From assembly GCA_048882385.1 (NCBI GenBank), contig JBHLRQ010000002.1, positions 5,581 through 69,580 on the forward strand: 64,000 nucleotides of DNA, written 5' to 3'. The notes under the pieces are model-generated. The model was not told the origin of the DNA and searched no databases. It saw nothing but the letters and a program-made list of their open reading frames with translations. This DNA comes from Candidatus Thorarchaeota archaeon (GTDB lineage Archaea; Asgardarchaeota; Thorarchaeia; Thorarchaeales; Thorarchaeaceae). Below are positions 38,867 to 48,182 of the stretch, piece after piece (position 1 is the first letter of the stretch; every line of letters starts with the position of its first letter). The position numbers were made by a program, and so were the translations under genes.

Positions 38867-41140
38867 GTGTTTACATGCAAGCGTTGTGGTGACCCACTGT
38901 TCATTCATACTGCAGAATTGAAAGACAAGATTCTGAAAATGAATGTTCAGTGCCTTCGAGGTCACAAAAGTGTTCGGCGGCTTTCTGAGCACCAGGCAAT
39001 GGAGATGGCTCCTGAGGTCTTCAAGAGGTTGTATATATGCACAGAGTGTGGGTCGAATATGACCCACATTGAAGAAAGAGGTAATGGGAACAAAATCGAA
39101 TCCGTTTTTCTATGCCCAATCCATGGGCCACAGAAGCGTGAGTTTCCACGAGCTTTTGGTTCAACAGTTGACCTTGTTGGAGCTGATGTAGATAGTCCTC
39201 GATCGATAATTGATTCTTTCAGATGTCCTCAATGTGGCCTCGTATACGCAGTCAATGAGATTGACCAACGTCGTGGAATTCTTGAGGTGGACACTCGTTG
39301 TGCAAATGGACACAAGACTACAAGGTATTTACCAAGTAGTATTGACACTACCTTGCTGAAGAACATACTTCAGCGAGTTATACATTGTGACAAATGTGGT
39401 CTCCCAGGACATATTGTGTCTTTGGAAAATAAAGGAAATACTACAAGAGTCAATACATCATGTCCAATTCATGGCTTAGCCAAGAAAGATATTCTAAGCA
39501 CGCAAGTAGATCTGCTTGAACAGGCGTTTTCAGAGATTCCAGAAGATGCGGTAGTAAAATCGACATTGACCTCCCATGAATGCCGAAAACCCCTCGCAAT
39601 TCGTGGGATTGAAGAGGTCAAACAGGGATACCGCCTCAGATGTATTTGTCCTGGAACAAAATATGCTTCTGACAGAGTACTGCCACTGACATGGAATGAA
39701 TCTGTTCTGGATCGAATCACAAGAGCCATCTTGACTTGTGATGAATGTGGTCATCTAACTCATATTCTAGATAAGAAAAAGAGCAAGAAGAACGTAGATT
39801 TCAGAATAGTCTGTCCAATTCATGGAGTCATGACCCGTGAAGCACCGCCTGATGTTTTCAAGAAAATTCAGAAGTGCGAATCCTCCATTGACAGAATGCC
39901 ATCTATTGTACGAAGTCTGAGTTGTGAAAAATGTAGTATGCCTATGAATGTACGAGATGTGGAAGAGAAGAGGGGCCTTATTGAGTTTGATACAGAATGT
40001 CGCAATGGTCATCGAAGCAACAGACTATTCATACCTGGACTTGATCAGGAAACTCTCTCAGGATTATACAAAAGGCTCTACCAATGTCCTGAATGTTATG
40101 AGTCACTTGATTTAGTCTACATTGAACCGCGTGGAAGGGAAGATAGAGTTGTTCTGTTATGTTCTTTACATGGCAAGACTGTATTAGACATTCCCCCAGA
40201 CCACGCCGAGGCTATGCAAAGAGCCTACAATGAAATGCAAGAAGATAAGATAAAACCTCCAACCGAAGCACCCGCGCTGGATTCTTCAGAATCATTGGAA
40301 GTTTCAGCTGCAATGCAAGATTCAGATGCAGGTGTGCAAGTACTACGAGGATGTGAAATCGTTGGAGGAAAATTCGACTATAAAGTCAAAATCAAGAATG
40401 ATAGTGGATATGTAATCACAAATGTCACAGTAAGTATTGTTGCTTATCCTCAAGATTGTATGGAGCTTGCAGGAGAAACCGTGAAGACAATCTCTCGGAT
40501 TGAAGTTGGTGGTTTCCGAAGTCCTCAGTTCACGCTCTATCCTACAAAAGACTGTGTACAAGGAAAAGTGGTAGCTACGGTTTCTTATATTGACTTTCTC
40601 GATCAGTTACACACCGTTAACGTGGAGCCCTATCTGATAAGGTCTGTGTGTGATCTCCTTCAACCATTGAAAGAAACATCTGATGCATTCGAACTTGTCC
40701 TCACAGGACTGGAGAAAACCCAGCAGGAACAGACATTGGATTGGAATCCACAAGTATTGTATACAAAGGCTGAGAAGATACTCCCCGCCAAGAACTTCCA
40801 TATCATTGATGCTGATGAGGAAATCATCGCTGGTGAGTTCATAGGAACCATCAGAGGATATGCTGAAGGCAAGTATACTCAAAATAAGGTGGCAGTCATA
40901 TTACTCATCAGTGGACCCGAAAATGGAAGACATGCTAATGTGAGAGTTGAAGCATTGGGAGAAGACGCAGCAATGCTTCCTACTACAATCGACGAATTAG
41001 CAGACACAATGGACTCTTGGGTTTGCTTGAGGTGTGGAGCTCCACTCGAGGTTGAGCAAGTAGAAGAGATGGGAAAGCGATTTCCAATTCGCTGCAAATA
41101 CTGTACTCATACGCTTACAATAGCACTGTATATGCAATAG
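38867..41140 (+). CDS. multi-zinc-ribbon protein (8 tandem CCCH ribbon modules + beta-rich domain + alpha/beta domain + terminal C4 ribbon)
   Basis: Alternating module A (CxxCG-x~21-CxNGHK) and module B (CxxCG-x~22-CPIHG) are repeated four times. The C-terminal ribbon is CLRCG...CKYC. The start is a GTG (MFTCKRCG). Confidence 0.6.
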   Translation: MFTCKRCGDPLFIHTAELKDKILKMNVQCLRGHKSVRRLSEHQAMEMAPEVFKRLYICTECGSNMTHIEERGNGNKIESVFLCPIHGPQKREFPRAFGSTVDLVGADVDSPRSIIDSFRCPQCGLVYAVNEIDQRRGILEVDTRCANGHKTTRYLPSSIDTTLLKNILQRVIHCDKCGLPGHIVSLENKGNTTRVNTSCPIHGLAKKDILSTQVDLLEQAFSEIPEDAVVKSTLTSHECRKPLAIRGIEEVKQGYRLRCICPGTKYASDRVLPLTWNESVLDRITRAILTCDECGHLTHILDKKKSKKNVDFRIVCPIHGVMTREAPPDVFKKIQKCESSIDRMPSIVRSLSCEKCSMPMNVRDVEEKRGLIEFDTECRNGHRSNRLFIPGLDQETLSGLYKRLYQCPECYESLDLVYIEPRGREDRVVLLCSLHGKTVLDIPPDHAEAMQRAYNEMQEDKIKPPTEAPALDSSESLEVSAAMQDSDAGVQVLRGCEIVGGKFDYKVKIKNDSGYVITNVTVSIVAYPQDCMELAGETVKTISRIEVGGFRSPQFTLYPTKDCVQGKVVATVSYIDFLDQLHTVNVEPYLIRSVCDLLQPLKETSDAFELVLTGLEKTQQEQTLDWNPQVLYTKAEKILPAKNFHIIDADEEIIAGEFIGTIRGYAEGKYTQNKVAVILLISGPENGRHANVRVEALGEDAAMLPTTIDELADTMDSWVCLRCGAPLEVEQVEEMGKRFPIRCKYCTHTLTIALYMQ

Positions 41141-41292
41141 AGGTTTTTACTTACAAGAAATATCGTGAAATGTTATTACAGATAATCGAAAATTGCCCAG
41201 AAATACCAATTTCATCAGCTACGTAATACCTTTTAGGGACTTCCGCACATGACGAATAGTTTCATCGCCGCGTGCCAAGGTGGAGGAGAAGC

Positions 41293-43140
41293 TTGTTCAC
41301 GTGTAAGAAATGTAAAGAGCCATTCTATGTTCAGGCTGGTGAACTGAGGGGACAAACACTTCGAGTTTACTGTCAATGCTTGAATGGTCATAAGGGGAAA
41401 CGTGACGTTTCGAGATATCAAGCAGACAGTATGGCAAATGAAGTCTTTGAAGGAATCTTCACTTGCATTGAATGCGGTTCTACGATGTCACTAATGAATA
41501 CTGATGTGGGTAGATCGAAGGCAGAATACACCTTCATTTGTCCAATCCACGGACCTCAGATGAGAGCAATACCTGCATTCTATCATACTGCTATCGCAGG
41601 AATGCAGGGAAGTATGAATAGTTCAAAATCCATCCTTGATTCATTGAGTTGTCCTAGATGTGGGGAAGTATTTGTTGCTCATGAAATCGCTGACAAAAAA
41701 GGTATCCTTGAAGTAAAAGCCCGTTGTCCGAATGGCCATAAGGAGATGCGCTTTATCCCAAAGGTCGCTGATGAATCTGTACTAAAGACAGTTGTAAAAC
41801 GTCTCATTCATTGTGATGAATGCGGTCTACCATGTCAGATATTGGAAACCCAACCTAAAGGCAACAAGGCCCGAGTTGAGATTTCGTGCCCAGCTCATGG
41901 GAAAGCCAAGAAGGAACTTCCCGCTGAGTATGCATGGATGTTTGAAGCCATCGTTGAGGCTATGTCTGAGGGAAGTATTGTACGTTCGATGCTGAACTGT
42001 CGTGACTGTGGATCTCCTGTTTCGATTAGGAGTATTGAACTTGATAAGATGAAATACAAACTCAAGTGTAGTTGCAAGAATGGTCACAATGTAGATCTTT
42101 CTCAACCAGTTGATTTGGATGAAGAAGCTATAGATTCTATAATTAACGGTGTTTTGAAGTGTACTGATGGTGATTTAGTTTCTGATATCGTGGAAACCAA
42201 AGTTAGTGGAAACGATGTAGAATTGAAGTTGGTCTGTCCTATCCATGGAGACTTCAAAAAGAGTGTTGCAGTTGGAATCTATAAGCATCTAGAAGAACGT
42301 AATCCACACATTGATCGAATGCCCTCAATTGAGGAGAGTCTAAAATGTTCGAAGTGTACTTCTCCAATGACCATTCGTGGAACTAAGGTGCGAGACAGTA
42401 TTGTTGAATTAAAGATGGAATGCAGAAATGGCCACGGAGATGGAAGATATCTGCATGTTGGAGCTGTGGAACCTGTTGTTGAACGGTTCTACCGTCAGCT
42501 GTATGAATGTCATAAGTGCCATAATCCCTTGAATCTATCTTTGATTGAAGAAAAGAACGATAAATCGGAAGTGACACTAATGTGCGAACAACATGGCGAA
42601 AGCAAAGTGGAGATTCCGAGGGAACATGCTGCACTGGCTCGTGACGCATTTCTATCAACAATGAGCATGCAAGATTTGGAGATGATTCTTGAAACACGTT
42701 TACAAACAGAGAGAGCTGCAGAGTATCAAATAGACCCAGATGCTGATATTCAAGAGATGCTCGATATTGTAAATGATATTATAGAACAGCAAAGTGTGAA
42801 ATTCATTGGAGAAAAGAGCGGAACAAAACATGGCGAGGAATCTTGGTTTTATGGAAAAGCCAGGTCCGGCACTGAATACATTGTGATCGGATCAGTTTCA
42901 AAAGAAAATCTGACAATGCGGATATCAGTTTCAAGTGATGATGAGAGTAAAATGGAAATGCTTCTATCCGAGATGCGAGACGGTCTCAGAGAAGTCCTAC
43001 TCAAACTCCAAGCAAAAACTGGTGACACAGCTCCGAAAAAGATAGAGTGCGAACAATGTGGTGCGGCTCTGAAAAAACGTGCACTTCCAGGAGAAACTGT
43101 AATCTGTGATCATTGTGGAACTCCATTACACTGGGCATAG
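41293..43140 (+). CDS. multi-zinc-ribbon protein, paralog of 38867-41140
   Basis: Same A/B CCCH modules (CKKCKEP...CLNGHKGKR; CIECGS...CPIHGPQ; and so on) and a terminal C4 ribbon CEQCG...CDHCG. The probable start is the TTG at 41293 (LFTCKKC), preceded by GGTGGAGGAG at 41279-41288; the track uses a GTG at 41272. Confidence 0.6.
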   Translation: MFTCKKCKEPFYVQAGELRGQTLRVYCQCLNGHKGKRDVSRYQADSMANEVFEGIFTCIECGSTMSLMNTDVGRSKAEYTFICPIHGPQMRAIPAFYHTAIAGMQGSMNSSKSILDSLSCPRCGEVFVAHEIADKKGILEVKARCPNGHKEMRFIPKVADESVLKTVVKRLIHCDECGLPCQILETQPKGNKARVEISCPAHGKAKKELPAEYAWMFEAIVEAMSEGSIVRSMLNCRDCGSPVSIRSIELDKMKYKLKCSCKNGHNVDLSQPVDLDEEAIDSIINGVLKCTDGDLVSDIVETKVSGNDVELKLVCPIHGDFKKSVAVGIYKHLEERNPHIDRMPSIEESLKCSKCTSPMTIRGTKVRDSIVELKMECRNGHGDGRYLHVGAVEPVVERFYRQLYECHKCHNPLNLSLIEEKNDKSEVTLMCEQHGESKVEIPREHAALARDAFLSTMSMQDLEMILETRLQTERAAEYQIDPDADIQEMLDIVNDIIEQQSVKFIGEKSGTKHGEESWFYGKARSGTEYIVIGSVSKENLTMRISVSSDDESKMEMLLSEMRDGLREVLLKLQAKTGDTAPKKIECEQCGAALKKRALPGETVICDHCGTPLHWA

Positions 43141-43154
43141 TAGCGGAACTACAA

Positions 43155-43715
43155 CTAGCCAGTCCATTTTGCAGCCGAATCCTTTGATATACCTAAATGA
43201 GCTAGTACTCTTTCAATTACTGAATCAACAAGTTCCTCAATTGTCTTAGGTTTTGCCCAGAATGCTGGACTGGCTGGAATTACTATGGCCCCTGCTTCTG
43301 TCACGGTAGCCATATTTCTGATTTGAATGAGGTTGAGTGGGGATTCTCTAGGGACTAGAATGAGTTTCCGTCTTTCCTTGAGGCTGCAGTCTGCTGCACG
43401 TGCAATGAGATTGTCTGCATACCCATGGGCTATACCTGCTAGGGTCTTCATAGTACATGGAATCACCACCACTGCATCAATTGAGAAACTCCCACTAGCT
43501 GGTCCTGCAGACAAATCATGTTCATCATATATGAAGTCTGATTCTTTGTTCAAAGATTCTCTCGTAAAGCCCGTTTCATACTTGAGGGTTTCTTCTCCCC
43601 ATTTTGACAATATGAGGTGGACTTCATGACCTTCGCTTTTCAGTGCACGTATTAGCCTAACACCATATATTGCGCCACTAGCACCAGTCAAACAAACGAG
43701 AATTCTTTTCTTCAT
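43155..43715 (-). CDS. ubiX: flavin prenyltransferase UbiX/Pad1 family
   Basis: N-terminal KRILVCLTGASGAIYGVRLIRAL flavoprotein motif; about 186 aa, the typical UbiX size. Confidence 0.85.
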   Translation of the reverse strand: MKKRILVCLTGASGAIYGVRLIRALKSEGHEVHLILSKWGEETLKYETGFTRESLNKESDFIYDEHDLSAGPASGSFSIDAVVVIPCTMKTLAGIAHGYADNLIARAADCSLKERRKLILVPRESPLNLIQIRNMATVTEAGAIVIPASPAFWAKPKTIEELVDSVIERVLAHLGISKDSAAKWTG

Positions 43716-43772
43716 ATTTGCAACCAGCTAACTAAATTCAGAAACTAACGTATATACTTCTATCGCAATGGG

Positions 43773-45599
43773 TCAGAAAAGGAACGCTAGGAGAATGTAG
43801 AGGAGTAAAGACAAGCCTCCAGCACGGATTCCAGTTTTCTTAGCAATCCCTGCAGCCTCAGCAATATCCTGTGTCAAAATATCAAACCCTCTCTCTCCAA
43901 AGGTTCGAAGGTCCTTTGCCTTCCCAAATCCAAGACCCACCTTAACGGGCTGTACTCGTTCACGCGCCTTCACTGAAGCTGTAACAATATGATCTAGAGT
44001 TTCTTGAGGCTTGTTTCTACCTACTGGTGGATATCCTCTACTTGAGAGAGATATCGCATTCACAACATGTGTATCCGTTGTGATTGCCTCGGCATTATCA
44101 AATCCTTGACTCTTCAGAAGGCTCAGTATCTTTTCTCTATATCCTGACTCCATATTGTTTCCATCAATGCAGATGATGATCATTTCGGTTTCGCCGCTAT
44201 TTAGAACAACTGCGATTATTCCTCCAGGTCCAATACCCTCCTCCTGACTTATATCATCAGGATATACCTGATGCAATCCAATCTGTAAACGAGTCTTTGG
44301 CTTGTTGATTGTAGAGAATACAGCTTCTGAGACTGACCCGACGTATTCTGCAGCTTCGGGATCTCCTTGATTCACTGAAATGGCGCTGTCATCAATACAA
44401 TTGTGAGCGTCAACAACAGCAACTCCGCCTACCTTTGGTAATCGTTCTCGAATCATGTTAGCAACATCATAACCAACATCTAGTGAAATATCATCAGTGA
44501 ATTCTGGTGAGCTGGTACTTATCGTCATGACATCATTTCCAGCAAAAAGCGTCCAGACCTTGTACTTTCCTCCATCTGACCAATGTGGTCCAGAAATTTC
44601 ATCATGAACTTCTGTGTCTTGGATGAGTCTATCAATCTCAGCTAGCACAACTGGATAATCATCCTTAGTCGTTAAGTTCTGCTGGTGCGTACAGCTCCCA
44701 TGCAAAACAAAAGCTGGAATCCCATGCTTCGTTTTGATATGCTCTATGATTGTTGAAGGTAGTCCACTACTTCCAATGTCTCTGAATGGTCCTGGATGTA
44801 CATATTCAATCACACCACAGGCAACAGGACCTTGTTCATCCTTGAAGAGGATTATTTCCACTGGAACATCTTGATGTGTCGCAATTCTTGTCAAGATTTG
44901 CTCCATAGGTGCTGGATTGCCAGCCAAATAGTCATGACCAAATGCTCTCAGGAGTTGAGGTCCATTTATTCCCAGGTCTCTCTCAAATGGAACGCTTACT
45001 GCTCTATAGATATAATGTACTGTTACTGTGCCTATGATAAGAGAAACTAGAATTGGGATATACCATAGTGATGGGAAAATTGGAATTGATGTTTCATTTG
45101 GGGCGATGAACAGCATTGTTAGAATCCAGAGAACTGGAGGCATAAGAGCCGCGATACTATTACGGACAGGATGATGATCACTGAGTCCGTTTACCAGAAA
45201 TGCAAATGCAAGGTATGCAATTGAAACACCCAGAATTGAGAATTTGACCTCATAGACCGAAGAACCCGTTGCTGCATCAATTAATCCGCCAATAATGCTT
45301 AGCACGATCCAAAAGATAAGGCCAAAATGAACGAGCCCCCCAGTCCTTCGACCATCTAAGGGTGAGTTCTCCTCTGTGGCAATGAGATATAGCAAGCCTG
45401 ATCCGACAAAGACGGGAGTACCCAGTATAACCAAATAGCAGATTAGAGAAGAAAGTAGAAGGCCTTTCAGTATACTGAGTATGACTGAACCGAGAACTAC
45501 CATAAAGACCATTCTCAATACTATCTGACGGTAGGAGGGTAATTGCCAGACCTTTGAGTATAGCCTGACTGTTTCTTTTACCTTCGCCTTCTCTCCCAA
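43773..45599 (-). CDS. polytopic membrane protein with a large C-terminal soluble domain (unknown function)
   Basis: About 8 N-terminal TM helices, then a roughly 350-aa globular region and a final hydrophobic segment. Confidence 0.5.
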   Translation of the reverse strand: MGEKAKVKETVRLYSKVWQLPSYRQIVLRMVFMVVLGSVILSILKGLLLSSLICYLVILGTPVFVGSGLLYLIATEENSPLDGRRTGGLVHFGLIFWIVLSIIGGLIDAATGSSVYEVKFSILGVSIAYLAFAFLVNGLSDHHPVRNSIAALMPPVLWILTMLFIAPNETSIPIFPSLWYIPILVSLIIGTVTVHYIYRAVSVPFERDLGINGPQLLRAFGHDYLAGNPAPMEQILTRIATHQDVPVEIILFKDEQGPVACGVIEYVHPGPFRDIGSSGLPSTIIEHIKTKHGIPAFVLHGSCTHQQNLTTKDDYPVVLAEIDRLIQDTEVHDEISGPHWSDGGKYKVWTLFAGNDVMTISTSSPEFTDDISLDVGYDVANMIRERLPKVGGVAVVDAHNCIDDSAISVNQGDPEAAEYVGSVSEAVFSTINKPKTRLQIGLHQVYPDDISQEEGIGPGGIIAVVLNSGETEMIIICIDGNNMESGYREKILSLLKSQGFDNAEAITTDTHVVNAISLSSRGYPPVGRNKPQETLDHIVTASVKARERVQPVKVGLGFGKAKDLRTFGERGFDILTQDIAEAAGIAKKTGIRAGGLSLLLYILLAFLF

Positions 45600-45686
45600 G
45601 ATTACATCACTCGCTGTTTCACTGAAACGACTTCAGAGGTCTTATCAAACTTCCTCTAGGCATTTCGTGTCACTTCCGAAGCCTTT

Positions 45687-45723
45687 ATATCGCATTCGAT
45701 ATCGATAAATATCGTATTCGATA
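45687..45723 (+). promoter_or_regulatory. 15-nt direct repeat (ATATCGnATTCGATA x2) embedded in an AT-rich TCGAT-rich block upstream of the PadR-family gene; candidate operator/promoter
   Basis: ATATCGCATTCGATA at 45687-45701 and ATATCGTATTCGATA at 45709-45723, with a TTTATAT box at 45685-45691 and the palindromic core CGATATCG. Confidence 0.35.
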
Positions 45724-45739
45724 ATCGTATCCGATATTA

Positions 45740-46294
45740 TTGAGGATGATCCTCATGAACGAATCTGAGCCAAAAGAATGTGAACATCTTGAGATGCCCC
45801 AATCAGTACCTCGTGGGCTTTTACGTCACATCATTCCCCGTCTTTTAAGATCAAGGGACATGACCGGCACAGAAATCATGAATGCTCTTGAGGAACTGAC
45901 AGAGGGTGAGTGGAATCCTAGTCCTGGGACAATCTATCCCCTACTTGCTTCTCTTGAGGAATCTAACATAATTAAAACTGTCAAGACAGAGGGTCGCAGT
46001 AAAACATACAGGCTGACGGATCAGGGTCGTGACCATATGGTTATGATTATCAAGAAGAGAAAGGGAGCAGTAGGTCACAAGACTCGTTTGGGACCGCGTC
46101 TCTGGGAAAAGCTTCTTGATCCATCTGAACGTGTCCAATTTCACATTCATGGATTACAGATGGCTATGGACTCATTGGAAGAAATAGCTAGCTCCCTAAA
46201 CTCAAAGGATCGACAGAAACTGCTGAAACATCTTGAAGATATGGATACTCAGTTATCCAAACTCATTGACTCGTTGAAATCCGGAGGAACATAG
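45740..46294 (+). CDS. PadR-family transcriptional regulator with a C-terminal coiled-coil extension
   Basis: Winged-helix GTEIMNALEELTEGEWNPSPGTIYPLLASLEESNII...YRLTDQG; sits immediately upstream of two ABC exporter genes. The real start is probably an internal ATG (MILMNESE / MNESE). Confidence 0.75.
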   Translation: MRMILMNESEPKECEHLEMPQSVPRGLLRHIIPRLLRSRDMTGTEIMNALEELTEGEWNPSPGTIYPLLASLEESNIIKTVKTEGRSKTYRLTDQGRDHMVMIIKKRKGAVGHKTRLGPRLWEKLLDPSERVQFHIHGLQMAMDSLEEIASSLNSKDRQKLLKHLEDMDTQLSKLIDSLKSGGT

Positions 46295-46295
46295 A

Positions 46296-48182
46296 TTGTC
46301 TAGAAACAATGGTGGTCATACCATCAGAAAGAGTCCTGCACGATACATGCTAAGTGGCTTGATGAGAAACAAAGGAATCACAATATTTGCTACAATTCTT
46401 ACAGTCATTTCGACTATTCTCGTAACAATACCTTCAGTCATCATCGGAATGGCTGTGAATGAGCTAGTACGAGATGATGGAATCACTCCCGCTCTGTCAT
46501 TGACGCCGCAATTCATATTCTATGTATGGTTGATTATTGGACTTGGCTTACTCTATTTAGGTCTCTATTTCGTAGTGGGCTATGTATGGGCAATTGTTAC
46601 TCTTCGCTGGGAAAGAGATGCTCGACAGGATTTCTTTGAAGCCCTTCAAGACTATAGTATGACCTTCCATGATGAGGTTGACAGCAAGAAACTTTTGTCA
46701 GTTGCAATGCAAGATATCTCTTGGGTTCGATTCTCTCTAAATCCTGCGCTACGAAACCTCATTGGAGCTATGATATCTTTTGCCATTACTACTATTATTC
46801 TAATCCAGATTGATCTCAGTCCCAATCTACAGAATTTCACCCTTGTAAACCTGGGTGGACTTTCAATTCCAATATATGGATTCACTACAATCATGTTGGT
46901 TGGCACTCCCATCTATATGGCGTTCTCATATAGATATGCAAATTCTATTGAACCCGTACGTAGGAGAAGATCTGAGGATATGGAACGCTTGACAGCCATC
47001 ACCCAAGGTGTATTTACAGGAATTGAAGTAGTTCGAGCGTTCGGGAAGGAAGACTACGAGCAGTCTAAGTTCCATGATGTCAGTAAGATGTATGAGAAAT
47101 CAATCACACAAGAAAGTAGACTAGCAGCTTTCTACATTCCTGCCTTAATTCTAATAGCGATGAACGCTATCGCATTTCTATATGGAGCGTATGCTGTAAT
47201 CAATGAAGCCATGGTCATAGGAGATTTAGTCACAATCATGGCTCTTCTATTGTCCATCGAAGGTCTGAACTTCATGCTTCCAAGATTCCTCCTAGTTTTG
47301 AGAGGTGGATATGTGAATGCTCAACGAATCGTTGACATATTGAATTGGAAAGAAACTCTAATTGAACCAGAAGAAGAGGTTCGTGATATTGATTGGCTTA
47401 GTGACATTATTTTTGAAGATGTCAGTTTCAAATATGGTGATAACAATAATAGCAACGATCACTATGCTCTGAAGGATTTTGATATTACAATTCCCGGAGG
47501 GTCTCGAGTTGCTCTAATAGGAGGTCCTGGAGGAGGGAAGAGTACTATACTGAAGTTGCTTCTGCGACTTTATGACCCTACTGAAGGTACAATCCGGGTA
47601 GGCGGCGTGGACCTTCGAAATGTTTCTACAGAATCTGTACGCGATGTGGTTGGTCTTGTTGAACAGGACATCTTTCTGTTTCGCATGAGCGTTAGAGACA
47701 ATATTGCATTCGGCAGGCGCGATGCAACTCAGGAAGAGATTGTTGAAGCAGCGAAGCGAGCTCAGGCTCACGAGTTCATAGTTGAACTGCCTGAGCAATA
47801 CGATTCAATGATTGGAGAAAGAGGAATGACACTCTCTGGTGGTCAGCGACAACGACTCGCAATTGCTAGAGCAATTATTCAAGATCCCAAGATTCTTTTG
47901 CTTGACGACTCTGTCAGTGCAGTCGATGCACAAACAGAGTTCCTCATGAGAAAAGCACTCGACGAAGTAATGGTTAATCGAACCAGTATTACAGTCACGC
48001 AACGTCTCAGGACTCTAATCGAATCTGACCTAGTGATTATTGTTGACAAGGGACACATCATTGCCTCAGGCACTCATGATAAACTACTTCGTGAATCAGA
48101 TCACTATCGAAAGATCTTTGAACGACTTCCGGGTGCACAATCACTCCTTGCAAGTGCCTCAATTCGTGGAGGTGCTGAATAA
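46296..48182 (+). CDS. ABC exporter, fused permease-ATPase (type I exporter half-transporter)
   Basis: 6-TM N-terminal domain, Walker A GGPGGGKST, signature LSGGQRQRLAIAR, Walker B ILLLDD. Confidence 0.85.
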   Translation: MSRNNGGHTIRKSPARYMLSGLMRNKGITIFATILTVISTILVTIPSVIIGMAVNELVRDDGITPALSLTPQFIFYVWLIIGLGLLYLGLYFVVGYVWAIVTLRWERDARQDFFEALQDYSMTFHDEVDSKKLLSVAMQDISWVRFSLNPALRNLIGAMISFAITTIILIQIDLSPNLQNFTLVNLGGLSIPIYGFTTIMLVGTPIYMAFSYRYANSIEPVRRRRSEDMERLTAITQGVFTGIEVVRAFGKEDYEQSKFHDVSKMYEKSITQESRLAAFYIPALILIAMNAIAFLYGAYAVINEAMVIGDLVTIMALLLSIEGLNFMLPRFLLVLRGGYVNAQRIVDILNWKETLIEPEEEVRDIDWLSDIIFEDVSFKYGDNNNSNDHYALKDFDITIPGGSRVALIGGPGGGKSTILKLLLRLYDPTEGTIRVGGVDLRNVSTESVRDVVGLVEQDIFLFRMSVRDNIAFGRRDATQEEIVEAAKRAQAHEFIVELPEQYDSMIGERGMTLSGGQRQRLAIARAIIQDPKILLLDDSVSAVDAQTEFLMRKALDEVMVNRTSITVTQRLRTLIESDLVIIVDKGHIIASGTHDKLLRESDHYRKIFERLPGAQSLLASASIRGGAE

